Below, in pieces: positions 54,256-63,400 of a stretch of 64,000 nt of DNA. Within the stretch, counting starts at the first letter, position 1, and each line of letters begins with the position of its first letter. This stretch comes from Spirochaetaceae bacterium (GTDB lineage: Bacteria; Spirochaetota; Spirochaetia; DSM-27196; SKKC01). Position numbers and translations under genes: made by a program. The stretch spans positions 42,095-106,094 of the forward strand of contig RECN01000086.1 in NCBI GenBank assembly GCA_007694005.1. The letters are read 5' to 3'. Below the pieces are notes generated by a model, which ran no database searches, had not been told where the DNA came from, and saw nothing but the letters and a program-made list of their open reading frames with translations.

Positions 54256-54687
54256 ATGGATTGGGGATTATTAGCAGTTGGATCGGCTCTGGCCTTCGCC
54301 GGAATTGGGTCAGCAATTGGAACAGGCAGTGCAGGAATGGCCGCAGCGGGTGCATGGAAACGCTGCTATCAGCAGAACAAGCCGGCACCGTTTCTGCTTC
54401 TCGTGTTTGTAGGCGCGCCGCTTACGCAGACCATTTATGGCTTTCTGCTCATGAATCAGATCATTGCAGCGGCAGAGGCAAATGGTGATCCGGCACTCAT
54501 GCTTGGTTTTGGTGTGATCGGTGGTATAGCGATAGGTATGTCGGCGCTCTTTCAGGGCCGCGCAGGTGCCGTCGCCTCGGATGCGCTCGCGGATACGGGA
54601 AAGGGTTTCGTTAACTTCCTTCTCGCCCTTGGAATTATCGAAAGCGTTGCATTGCTTGTAATGGCCTTCGGCCTGATCAGTCTGTAA
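54256..54687 (+). CDS. V-type ATP synthase subunit K (4-TM proteolipid)
   Basis: Duplicated hairpin c-subunit of 143 aa. The Glu is present only in the last helix (LALGIIESVALL). Helix 2 carries PLTQTIYGF. Confidence 0.88.
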   Translation: MDWGLLAVGSALAFAGIGSAIGTGSAGMAAAGAWKRCYQQNKPAPFLLLVFVGAPLTQTIYGFLLMNQIIAAAEANGDPALMLGFGVIGGIAIGMSALFQGRAGAVASDALADTGKGFVNFLLALGIIESVALLVMAFGLISL

Positions 54688-54697
54688 CGAAGGACTC

Positions 54698-54725
54698 GCG
54701 GGCACTTCAGGTCTGAAGTGCCCGC
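54698..54725 (+). terminator. perfect 12-bp hairpin after the V-ATPase operon
   Basis: GCGGGCACTTCA (54698-709), loop GGTC, then TGAAGTGCCCGC (54714-725), starting 11 nt after the atpK stop. No canonical U-tract follows immediately (CACTGGTTT). Confidence 0.55.
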
Positions 54726-54763
54726 CACTGGTTTGACCCGTCCTTTTTGCCGATAATGGTCGT

Positions 54764-55666
54764 ATGGTTCGACATCCGGCGTTCATTTTCCTGTACCTTC
54801 TCCTTCTGATTCCTGCCGCAGGGTTCAGTCAGACAACGAGTCTTGACATAGAGCTTGCCCGACGTGAGCTTCGAAACGGAAATCACGCCGAGGCTCTCCG
54901 ACGCTTTCGCACGATAATCGAAGAAGACGCAGGCTATATTCCGGAGGCCCACCGACACATGGCCCGGATATTTGTCGATCTCGGCGACGACCAGCAGGCA
55001 GTCAGGCATTTCGGCCGGGCCTTGAACAGTGGGCCATTTGCCATCCCGGATGACCGTGTGCGTACCTATCACGAACTCGCACGACAGCACCTCCACATGG
55101 ACAGAATGTTTGCCTACGAGCAGACCATGTACGCGCTGTTTGAGTACAACGACGAGTTCACCGGTTCAGCGAGTGCGTCAAGGCGCGCGAACATCGAGCA
55201 GGTGTTTATCCGACAGAGTCTGGCGCGGGCGCTGGAGCTATACCGCCTCACTCCGGGACCTTTTGCTGCTGCACATTACGAGTTCGGCATGCATCTGCTT
55301 CGCTCAGGAAGGGATGATTCGCTTCAGCACCTGCTATTCTACCTGCTGGACACGTACAGCCTCGCGATCGAGTACTACCGCAGAATAGAACCCAGATACA
55401 CCTTCATCGACCTGTACCGATTTACCGACGACATACGACAGAATCGGCAGGTTAATGAGTTTCTCGATCGACGAAACGTGTACTGGGCGGTCGCATATCT
55501 CGGCGATGCGATGTATTTCTACGGTGGTGGGGGGGGAGCCTCGACGCGCGCGCGTGAATTATGGCAATTTGTTTCACGGCAGGCCGTTGCAGGCGACGCC
55601 GCGGAGTATGCAGCCAGGCAGCTCGCGGCAGACAGACCGGTAAATCCGGGACCTCCGATACGCTGA
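54764..55666 (+). CDS. hypothetical secreted helical-repeat (TPR-like) protein
   Basis: Signal peptide MVRHPAFIFLYLLLLIPAAGFSQ followed by helical repeats (ELRNGNHAEALRRFRTIIEED, MARIFVDLGDDQQAVRHFGRAL). No family was recognised. Confidence 0.55.
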   Translation: MVRHPAFIFLYLLLLIPAAGFSQTTSLDIELARRELRNGNHAEALRRFRTIIEEDAGYIPEAHRHMARIFVDLGDDQQAVRHFGRALNSGPFAIPDDRVRTYHELARQHLHMDRMFAYEQTMYALFEYNDEFTGSASASRRANIEQVFIRQSLARALELYRLTPGPFAAAHYEFGMHLLRSGRDDSLQHLLFYLLDTYSLAIEYYRRIEPRYTFIDLYRFTDDIRQNRQVNEFLDRRNVYWAVAYLGDAMYFYGGGGGASTRARELWQFVSRQAVAGDAAEYAARQLAADRPVNPGPPIR

Positions 55667-55686
55667 CAGCCGCCCGCCGGGAGTAT

Positions 55687-58515
55687 ATGAACAGTATCCG
55701 TATACGCGGCGCGCGCGAGCATAACCTGAAGAACATCAACGTCGACCTCCCGCGGGATCATTTCATCGTGATAACCGGAATGAGCGGAAGTGGAAAGTCC
55801 AGTCTCGCCTTCGACACCCTGTTTGCCGAAGGCCAGAGACGCTATGTCGAAAGTCTGTCCGCGTACGCGCGGCAGTTTCTCGGCCGTCTCGACAAACCGG
55901 ATATCGACTACATAGAAGGCCTGAGCCCGGCGATCTCCATCGAGCAGAAAACCACGAATCGCAACCCGCGATCGACGGTCGGAACCGTTACCGAGATACA
56001 CGATTATCTGCGACTGTTGTACGCCAGGATCGGAACTCCCCACGATCCGACCACAGGCGCGGTTATTGAGAAGCAGTCGATAGACGAAATCGTCGACCGC
56101 ATTCTCGCGGCCGACGAAGGTACAAAACTGCAGATACTGTCCCCTGTCGTACAGAGCAGAAAAGGCACACACAAGCGGGTGATCGATAACGCCAGACAGG
56201 CGGGCTTTACCCGGGTGCGGGTCAACGGCGAGTTCAAGAGTGTCGAAGATGATATTGACCTGGAGAAGAACAGGCGGCACTCAATTGATATCGTCGTCGA
56301 TCGCATCAAGATCCGGAACGGACAGCAGAATCGCGTTTCACAGTCGGTCGAAACGGCACTTGAACTTTCCGGCGGTACAGTGCGTGTGTTCTACCAGCGC
56401 GACGACGGCGACCACGAAGACGTGTATAATCAGAATTACGCGTACACAGACAGCGACATTGTATTTCCCGAACTCGAACCGCGCCTGTTCTCGTTCAACA
56501 ATCCCCATGGCGCGTGCCACGTATGCGATGGCCTTGGTATGAGTATGACCTTCGATCGCGAAAAACTCGTCCCTGATACATCCCTGAGTTTTCTTGACGG
56601 TGGTCTGGCTGCCTACAACCCGAACTCGAGCTGGCATCGTAGCCGTTTCGAAAGTCTGGCTGAACACTATGGTTTCTCACTGGATACTCCGTTCTCCGAA
56701 CTGAGTCCCGAAATACAGGAAATGCTGTTCAGTGGTTCTGCCGACAGTCTCCAGGTGAAGGTTGAGAATGATAGCGGTTCGAGTACATTCGAGTATTCGA
56801 TGCAGTTTCCGGGTATGATACAGGATCTTGAACGTCGATACCGCGAATCATCATCCGATGGTGTCCGCGAATGGCTTGAAACGTTCATGAGCCGGACCCC
56901 GTGTCATGCATGCCAGGGACAGCGCCTTCGCCCGGAAGCACTTGCGGTGAAAATCGGTGACAAAGGCATACATGAGGTTTCGACGCTCAGCATCGCGGAG
57001 TGCGTCCATTTTTTTGATAGCCTGAGGCTCACCCCTACAGAGTCCACGATTGCAGGGGAGGTCATTCGTGAGATACGCGAGCGATTGGGTTTCCTGCTGA
57101 GTGTCGGCCTCGGGTACCTCAGTCTGAACAGGCAGGCAGCGACCCTTTCAGGCGGTGAAAGCCAGCGAATACGCCTTGCGACACAGATCGGCAGCAGTCT
57201 CGTCGGAGTTCTCTACATACTCGATGAACCGACGATAGGACTGCATCAGCGGGATAATGAGCGACTCATCGGCACGCTGAAACGTCTCAGGGACCTTGGC
57301 AACACGCTCGTCATTGTCGAGCACGATGAACAGACAATCCGATCGGCCGACCACATCGTCGATATGGGACCACGAGCCGGTGTCCACGGAGGCCAGATTG
57401 TCGCTCAAGGGACGCTCGCGGAAATCCTTGCAAGTGAGGACAGCCCGACAGGACGATACCTCTCAGGAAAGGACAGGATGCAGCCTCCCGATACACGACG
57501 GAACGGGAACGGTTCCTTCCTGCGCATCGAGGGCTGCGCACTGAACAATCTTAAAAACATAGACGTTTCCATACCACTCGGTACGATGATCGCTATTACC
57601 GGAGTCTCCGGGAGCGGGAAGTCCAGTCTGATGACCGGTACCTTGTATCCGGCGCTGGCTCGTGCACTGAACAAGGCACAGATAACCGGTGGTCCAATCG
57701 GGACGATACAGGGCCTTGAAGCGCTCGATAAGGTCATACAGATCGATCAACAACCCATCGGTCGGACGCCTCGAAGCAACCCTGCCACCTACGTCGGACT
57801 ATACGGAATGATCAGGGATCTATTTGCTGCGCTACCGGAGAGTCGCAGCAGGGGATATAAACCGGGGCGTTTCAGCTTCAATGTCAAGGGTGGAAGGTGC
57901 GAGCACTGTCAGGGTGCCGGGACGATCAAGATAGAAATGCACTTTCTCAGCGACGTATATGTCACGTGCGATGTCTGTGACGGCAAACGTTTTAACCGGG
58001 AGACGCTTGAGGTTCATTATAAGGGCAAGTCGATCCACGATATTCTCGAACTCACAGTCGAAGAAGCCGAGGCTTTTTTCTCGGCGGTTCCGAACGTACG
58101 ACGAAAGCTCGAGACCCTGAGTGCCGTCGGACTGGAGTACGTAAAACTCGGGCAGAGTGCTCTCACGCTCAGTGGAGGCGAAGCACAGCGGGTTAAACTC
58201 GCCCTCGAGCTGTCGAAGCGTTCAACCGGGAAAACCATCTACGTGCTCGATGAACCGACGACGGGCCTGCATTTCACCGACATACGCAAGCTCCTTCAGG
58301 TTCTTCATCAGATTGTTGAAGAAGGAAATACGGTTGTACTCATAGAGCATAACCTTGACGTCATTGCAGCAGCTGATTACGTGGTAGACCTGGGTCCGGA
58401 AGGCGGAGATCGGGGGGGCCACGTGATTGCAACAGGTACACCCGAGCAGATCGCACGTGTTGAGGAATCACACACAGGCAGATTCCTTCGGGATACACTC
58501 AGGATGGTCATATAA
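55687..58515 (+). CDS. uvrA: excinuclease ABC subunit UvrA
   Basis: N-terminus MNSIRIRGAREHNLKNI, two Walker A motifs (GMSGSGKSSL, GVSGSGKSSL), two signature motifs (LSGGESQRIRLA, LSGGEAQRVKLA) and CxxC zinc modules. The track start at 55561 adds an Arg-rich artefactual extension. Confidence 0.96.
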   Translation: MNSIRIRGAREHNLKNINVDLPRDHFIVITGMSGSGKSSLAFDTLFAEGQRRYVESLSAYARQFLGRLDKPDIDYIEGLSPAISIEQKTTNRNPRSTVGTVTEIHDYLRLLYARIGTPHDPTTGAVIEKQSIDEIVDRILAADEGTKLQILSPVVQSRKGTHKRVIDNARQAGFTRVRVNGEFKSVEDDIDLEKNRRHSIDIVVDRIKIRNGQQNRVSQSVETALELSGGTVRVFYQRDDGDHEDVYNQNYAYTDSDIVFPELEPRLFSFNNPHGACHVCDGLGMSMTFDREKLVPDTSLSFLDGGLAAYNPNSSWHRSRFESLAEHYGFSLDTPFSELSPEIQEMLFSGSADSLQVKVENDSGSSTFEYSMQFPGMIQDLERRYRESSSDGVREWLETFMSRTPCHACQGQRLRPEALAVKIGDKGIHEVSTLSIAECVHFFDSLRLTPTESTIAGEVIREIRERLGFLLSVGLGYLSLNRQAATLSGGESQRIRLATQIGSSLVGVLYILDEPTIGLHQRDNERLIGTLKRLRDLGNTLVIVEHDEQTIRSADHIVDMGPRAGVHGGQIVAQGTLAEILASEDSPTGRYLSGKDRMQPPDTRRNGNGSFLRIEGCALNNLKNIDVSIPLGTMIAITGVSGSGKSSLMTGTLYPALARALNKAQITGGPIGTIQGLEALDKVIQIDQQPIGRTPRSNPATYVGLYGMIRDLFAALPESRSRGYKPGRFSFNVKGGRCEHCQGAGTIKIEMHFLSDVYVTCDVCDGKRFNRETLEVHYKGKSIHDILELTVEEAEAFFSAVPNVRRKLETLSAVGLEYVKLGQSALTLSGGEAQRVKLALELSKRSTGKTIYVLDEPTTGLHFTDIRKLLQVLHQIVEEGNTVVLIEHNLDVIAAADYVVDLGPEGGDRGGHVIATGTPEQIARVEESHTGRFLRDTLRMVI

Positions 58516-58518
58516 GCC

Positions 58519-61500
58519 ATGATCAGACGGCATTCAGGACCGGTCGTTAGCACTGCTCTGTCGTTGCTGTTTCTGCTCGGTGCGCTTCTCAGCGTCTCCG
58601 GGCAGGACGGTCCGCAATCCTCCGAATCGGGACTCCGGCAGCTGAGAGCGCGTGAGCTCGCACAGGCAAGCTTCGATGAGCTCCGTATTGAAGCGGAGCA
58701 GCTCGGATTATCAGTCGATGGTACCCGCAGTGATCTGGAGCGCCGTATTCTCGAATACCTCGGTATCGACCGTTTTACCCCGGAGGTCTCCGGCGAGACC
58801 GTACGGCTTATCGAAATCGAGGATGCCGCCGAGTTGCAGCTGTTGAGGTCTGATCAGGCAGACGCTGATATCGTTCGGCTGACCGGAGGCGTGGTGGTTC
58901 GTCTGGAGGACGATGAGACCGGGAACATACATCTCATCGCCGCCGACAGCATTACGATTAACCGACGAGAATCGATCGTCTCGGCTGGCGGAGAGGTCGT
59001 GTATACGATCGACCGATCAGGTGAGATCGAGCGCTTTACCGGCGAGACGCTGACCGTCGAGCTCGACGAGTGGGCAGGGACCTTTCTGTACGGCATCTCG
59101 ACCCGTCCGCGAACCATCGAAGGTCAGGACTTCGACTTTCGTTTCAGCGGCCGAACGATCAGTCGCAGTGCAGACGATGTAATAATCATAGATGACGGAA
59201 CAATCACGTCGTCGGTTGCAGATCCACCGAACTATCGCATAACCGCCGATCGCATATGGATACTCGATACCGGGGACTGGGGACTGCGGAACGCAGTCCT
59301 CTACGTAGGTCGGGTACCCATGTTCTGGTTTCCCGTCTTTTTCCATCCCGGTCGCCCCATGTTCCTGCATCCTTCTATCGGCACGCGTGACGGTGCCGGT
59401 GCGTTTGTGCAGACGACGATCTACCTCTCCGGTGTGCGTGAGGACCGGTCTCAGCCCTTCTCCGTTCTACAGCTTGCCGAGGATGATCGCGGCAGCGGGC
59501 GCGTTCGCGAAGGGCTCTTCCTGCGCCCGGCACGCGAAGGCGAGGAAGTGGAAGACGGCGATCGACAGGTGCGTGTCTACGCAGACGCGTACAGCACGGG
59601 CGCTGCCTTCTTCGCCGTCGACGCGGAATTTCCGCAAAGCGGGAGCTTCAGTGCCACCCGGGCGTTTGCCGGCATCGGTGTGTCAAGAATCAGGTATCAG
59701 GCCGCAGACGGCTCAATCGGCTCATTATACTGGAACCCCGATACCACTGAGTTCGAGCAATACTGGTCCCGTTCGATGTTTCCCGGACTCGATGCTCCGG
59801 TACGCCTGGGTCTGAACCTGGAGACAGGTTTCCGGGCCGGTCCCCTGCGACTCAGTCTGCAGCTGCCGTTTTATTCCGATCCTGTCTTTGAACGCGACTA
59901 CCTGCAACGCAGTGAGTACATCGACTGGGGATCAATCATAGGCTTCTCGGATGATGAGACTGCGGTGCCTTCGGTCCGGTCCTCGCTTCAGTGGCGCCTG
60001 CAGGGGAACTATTCGCCGGACGTGCGCCGGTTCCGTCCCTTTCTCACACAGGCCTCGCTGCAGACATTCAGTACCGAACTCAACTGGCGGAGGCGGGTCG
60101 TCCCGGTTTCGCTGCTTGAGCCCTGGGTTCGAGACGCTGCGAACGCACCCTACGATCCACCGGATCGTTCCTTTTTCTATCCCGATCGACTGGTATTTCC
60201 CAATGCAGCGGCGACACTTGCCGGTACCTTGCTGGAGTACCCGGTGGCGGGATCGCGCGTTGAAGAACCCGGCAGACAGGATGCACCTCCACCGGCGCCG
60301 CTTCGCCCCCCCTTTAACGGGGTGCCCGCGGACCAGAGCGATGGCTCAGACGCACCGCAGACGCTCTCAGCGTCGGGCTTCCGGCTGCCGCCGCCTCGCG
60401 CCAACCTGCAGGTGCAAAGGCCCACCGACCCGTTTTCGGGTCAGCTCGCGTATCGCTTGAGTCCGTCAATCACGGTAACGGGACAATACGCATCATCCCA
60501 GTGGCAGGAACCGGACGATGTCGATTACGAGATAGAGTACTGGGAGCAGTTGCGGCGCACCCAGGGCTCGCTCAGCTGGCGGGCCGCGTATCTCTCGTCG
60601 GTTTTTGCGGTGAGGGGGGCTACGAGCGTATCCGACCGTTACAGAAGCGTGTTCGGATTCTCGGATCGCATCGAGGAAAACAGGAAAGACGAGCTTGTAT
60701 TGCGCGCATTCGGCGAACATTCCACCGTCATCGACAACCGGTTGAATCTCAGTTCCGCTCCGCTTGATCAACAGCCCCTGCTCGAAGGTAGCGAACTCAG
60801 CTATACGCTCGATGTCCGTCTCCTGCAGCGGCGCTTCAGTGAGTTGACGGAGAACAATGTCCCGCTGTACGAGACCGAGACCATACAGTGGGATCGTGAT
60901 CAGATACAGAGACACTCTGTGCAGCTGACTTCCGCACTGAACGTCCTCAACGCGCGGCAGACGCTCGAGCTCGGGCTCGACTTACCCCCCCGTCAGGAAC
61001 GGGGAAGGTCTGAGCTGACCCTCCGCACCGGCATCGTGCAGTCGACTGCGCGGCTGTCCTACGTCACGGATGACGACGACGGCGAGCGAAGCTTCGACCC
61101 GTTCAGCGTAACTCAGTCGATTACCCCCGTTCCCCGGGTCCGTTTTGCGCACCAATGGGCTTACGACCTCGAAGAAGCACACCTTAGAACAGGGCGCCTG
61201 GATCTACAGCTTGGCGGTTTTACCGGCAGGCTTGACGGCAGGAGGTCGGAAGGTTTTACCTTTGATCTCCTGAACTTCACCTGGGTTGGAGACGATAACG
61301 AGGTTTTCCGTCCGGTACAGGCCTCGCTTCGGTACAACGAGTCCTTCGACCCCTTTGTATTCTGGAAGAACCGCATCACGCTCACCCCGTCGGTGCAGAG
61401 TAACGCAGCGGTCAATCTGCTGCGTTACACCGACTCGACCCTTTCGTTCCGGTTAAATCTCGAACTGAATGTGCATAGGTTTCTCGATGTGCGATTTTCC

Positions 61501-61848
61501 TCGGAAAGCCGAAACGATCAGCTGTTCCGATATATCGGTCCCTATGCCGACGAGCTTGGTCTGCAGCGCGTATCGTTTCTGGGAGACCTGATCCGATCGT
61601 TTAATTTTTTCAACCGTTCCGACCGGGAAGAATCCGCGTTCAAGCTCCGACAGTTGCGCATCGATGCAGTACACGACCTCGGAGACTGGGATCTCACGGT
61701 TGGATATCGCGGCAGTCCGCAACAGGTGACCGGTGCGGATGGCGCGACTGTCGAATGGCGAAGCACGGTCGAACTGCTGCTGCAATGGCGTCCCATACCG
61801 GAAATATCGAGGGATCTGACCATTACTGACGAAGAGATCATATGGTAA
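58519..61848 (+). CDS. LptD-like giant outer-membrane protein (putative LPS-assembly protein)
   Basis: Signal peptide, an OstA-N-like beta-jellyroll region (VRLTGGVVVRLEDDETGNIHLIAADSITIN), an LptD-type segment (RNAVLYVGRVPMFWFPVFFHPGRPMFLHPSIGTRDGAGAF), and a long beta-rich C-terminus ending in an aromatic residue (EEIIW). Confidence 0.6.
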   Translation: MIRRHSGPVVSTALSLLFLLGALLSVSGQDGPQSSESGLRQLRARELAQASFDELRIEAEQLGLSVDGTRSDLERRILEYLGIDRFTPEVSGETVRLIEIEDAAELQLLRSDQADADIVRLTGGVVVRLEDDETGNIHLIAADSITINRRESIVSAGGEVVYTIDRSGEIERFTGETLTVELDEWAGTFLYGISTRPRTIEGQDFDFRFSGRTISRSADDVIIIDDGTITSSVADPPNYRITADRIWILDTGDWGLRNAVLYVGRVPMFWFPVFFHPGRPMFLHPSIGTRDGAGAFVQTTIYLSGVREDRSQPFSVLQLAEDDRGSGRVREGLFLRPAREGEEVEDGDRQVRVYADAYSTGAAFFAVDAEFPQSGSFSATRAFAGIGVSRIRYQAADGSIGSLYWNPDTTEFEQYWSRSMFPGLDAPVRLGLNLETGFRAGPLRLSLQLPFYSDPVFERDYLQRSEYIDWGSIIGFSDDETAVPSVRSSLQWRLQGNYSPDVRRFRPFLTQASLQTFSTELNWRRRVVPVSLLEPWVRDAANAPYDPPDRSFFYPDRLVFPNAAATLAGTLLEYPVAGSRVEEPGRQDAPPPAPLRPPFNGVPADQSDGSDAPQTLSASGFRLPPPRANLQVQRPTDPFSGQLAYRLSPSITVTGQYASSQWQEPDDVDYEIEYWEQLRRTQGSLSWRAAYLSSVFAVRGATSVSDRYRSVFGFSDRIEENRKDELVLRAFGEHSTVIDNRLNLSSAPLDQQPLLEGSELSYTLDVRLLQRRFSELTENNVPLYETETIQWDRDQIQRHSVQLTSALNVLNARQTLELGLDLPPRQERGRSELTLRTGIVQSTARLSYVTDDDDGERSFDPFSVTQSITPVPRVRFAHQWAYDLEEAHLRTGRLDLQLGGFTGRLDGRRSEGFTFDLLNFTWVGDDNEVFRPVQASLRYNESFDPFVFWKNRITLTPSVQSNAAVNLLRYTDSTLSFRLNLELNVHRFLDVRFSSESRNDQLFRYIGPYADELGLQRVSFLGDLIRSFNFFNRSDREESAFKLRQLRIDAVHDLGDWDLTVGYRGSPQQVTGADGATVEWRSTVELLLQWRPIPEISRDLTITDEEIIW

Positions 61849-61895
61849 TACATTGCTTGATATAGACTTGACCGAGAACCTAAGGCTCCGGTAGG

Positions 61896-62873
61896 TTGTT
61901 ACTGTGCAAGGAAACCGACTTGAATAGACCCGTTGCCGTTGTGTTTGAAGACAATGCTCTGGTAGCTGAAGTCTGCGGTGCAAACGACGCAAATCTGAGA
62001 CTGCTGGAAGATCTTCTTGGCTGTCCGGTGCTTTCGCGTGGAAACGAAGTTTCAATTCACTCTGATGACGAAGCGACACGCGCACTTTTCTCAAGCATTT
62101 TTTTCGAACTGGAAGCGATAGCCCGGAATGGTCAGTCGCCGTCCACCGATCTTGTACGAAGCCTGTACAAGGGCCTGAGCGAAAACCGACGCACGCAGGT
62201 TGATCTCATAAAGCACAAACACATTGCCATACCCGGTGGATTCGGTCTCATCTACCCGAAAGGTGCAGCGCAGGCGGAGTTCATACGGGGTATAGAGAAC
62301 CATGACCTGTCGTTCTGTATAGGACCGGCAGGAACGGGAAAGACCTTTCTGGCAGTAGCTCACGCGCTTTCGGAGGTTCTGACCCGAAAACGCAGAAAGC
62401 TCGTGCTCACCAGACCTGTTGTTGAAGCCGGAGAAAATCTGGGATTCCTGCCCGGCGACCTGAGTCAGAAGATCAGTCCGTACCTGAGGCCCTTATACGA
62501 CGCAATGGATGCCGTCGTCCCGCGGGAAGTCGTTCAGCGCATGGAAGAGAGCCGAATGATCGAGGTCGCACCACTCGCGTACATGCGCGGCAGAAGCCTT
62601 GGTGACTGCTACGTGATTCTCGATGAAGCTCAGAATACGACCCGGGAGCAGATGAAGATGTTTCTCACCCGTATGGGAGAAGGCAGCAAAGCCGTTATCA
62701 CCGGAGACATCACACAGGTTGATCTTCCATCGAGGACCCCCTCGGGCCTCTCACACGCGCTTGAGATCCTGTCGGGGATCGACGATATTCATGTCAGTTC
62801 TTTCGGCGGAAGTGATGTCGTGAGAAGCGCACTTGTCAGAAAGATCGTCGCTGCATATGAGGCTGAAACGTGA
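61896..62873 (+). CDS. PhoH/YbeZ family ATPase
   Basis: Walker A GPAGTGKTFLAV, Walker B ILDEAQN, and ITGDITQVDLP. The TTG start is uncertain. Confidence 0.88.
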   Translation: MLLCKETDLNRPVAVVFEDNALVAEVCGANDANLRLLEDLLGCPVLSRGNEVSIHSDDEATRALFSSIFFELEAIARNGQSPSTDLVRSLYKGLSENRRTQVDLIKHKHIAIPGGFGLIYPKGAAQAEFIRGIENHDLSFCIGPAGTGKTFLAVAHALSEVLTRKRRKLVLTRPVVEAGENLGFLPGDLSQKISPYLRPLYDAMDAVVPREVVQRMEESRMIEVAPLAYMRGRSLGDCYVILDEAQNTTREQMKMFLTRMGEGSKAVITGDITQVDLPSRTPSGLSHALEILSGIDDIHVSSFGGSDVVRSALVRKIVAAYEAET

Positions 62874-63400
62874 ACACGATTGAGGCAGACGGTACTCACG
62901 CGATTGAGGTGGTTGCCGAAGAAGACGCAGACCTTCCGTGTCCTGAAGACGTAATCGCCGGCTTCGTCCGCTCTGTGCTTGAGGATACGGCGGTTCATGC
63001 TCAGAGGTGGGAGCTCTCGATTACATTCTGTTCAGAAGAAAAGATGGTGGAGCTGAACCGGGAATACCGTGGTAAAACCGGCACGACTGACGTGCTGACC
63101 TTCCGATGGGACGACAAAGCACAAGACCCCGATTCCTGGCCCGAAGCTCAGGATACGTCCCTGGTATCCGTTTCCGGTGTAGACTTCCACTACGTCGGTG
63201 ATATAGTCATTGAGTATACCGAAGTTAAGCGGAACGCCCGGCACTTTGATGTTTCAGAGGAGGAAGAGCTGCGCCGTGTTCTGATTCACGGCCTGCTGCA
63301 TCTTGCCGGCATGGATCACAGTACGAACGATACGACCGAGCCAATGCTTCAGGTACAGGAAGAGATCCTGCGCCGGCTCGACAAACAGAGGTTGTTTTGA
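62870..63400 (+). CDS. ybeY: rRNA maturation endoribonuclease YbeY
   Basis: Metal motif HGLLHLAGMDH. A GTGA overlap joins it to phoH. Confidence 0.9.
   Translation: MNTIEADGTHAIEVVAEEDADLPCPEDVIAGFVRSVLEDTAVHAQRWELSITFCSEEKMVELNREYRGKTGTTDVLTFRWDDKAQDPDSWPEAQDTSLVSVSGVDFHYVGDIVIEYTEVKRNARHFDVSEEEELRRVLIHGLLHLAGMDHSTNDTTEPMLQVQEEILRRLDKQRLF

Noticed and set aside
55529-55536. Poly-G8 tract inside the 54764-55666 secreted-protein gene, considered as a slipped-strand phase-variation switch
   Set aside because: Comparable G7/C7 runs occur in uvrA (58412-58418), in the LptD-like gene (two C7 runs near 60306 and 60986) and in the GerMN gene (near 10876). Homopolymers of this length therefore appear to be background for this GC content. 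Only population sequencing showing length variation would revive the idea.
55561-55686. Upstream start giving UvrA a 42-aa Arg-rich extension that overlaps the preceding gene
   Set aside because: The canonical UvrA N-terminus MNSIRIRGAREHNLKNI begins at ATG 55687 with GGGAG upstream. The extension overlaps 54764-55666 and looks like out-of-frame GC-rich sequence.
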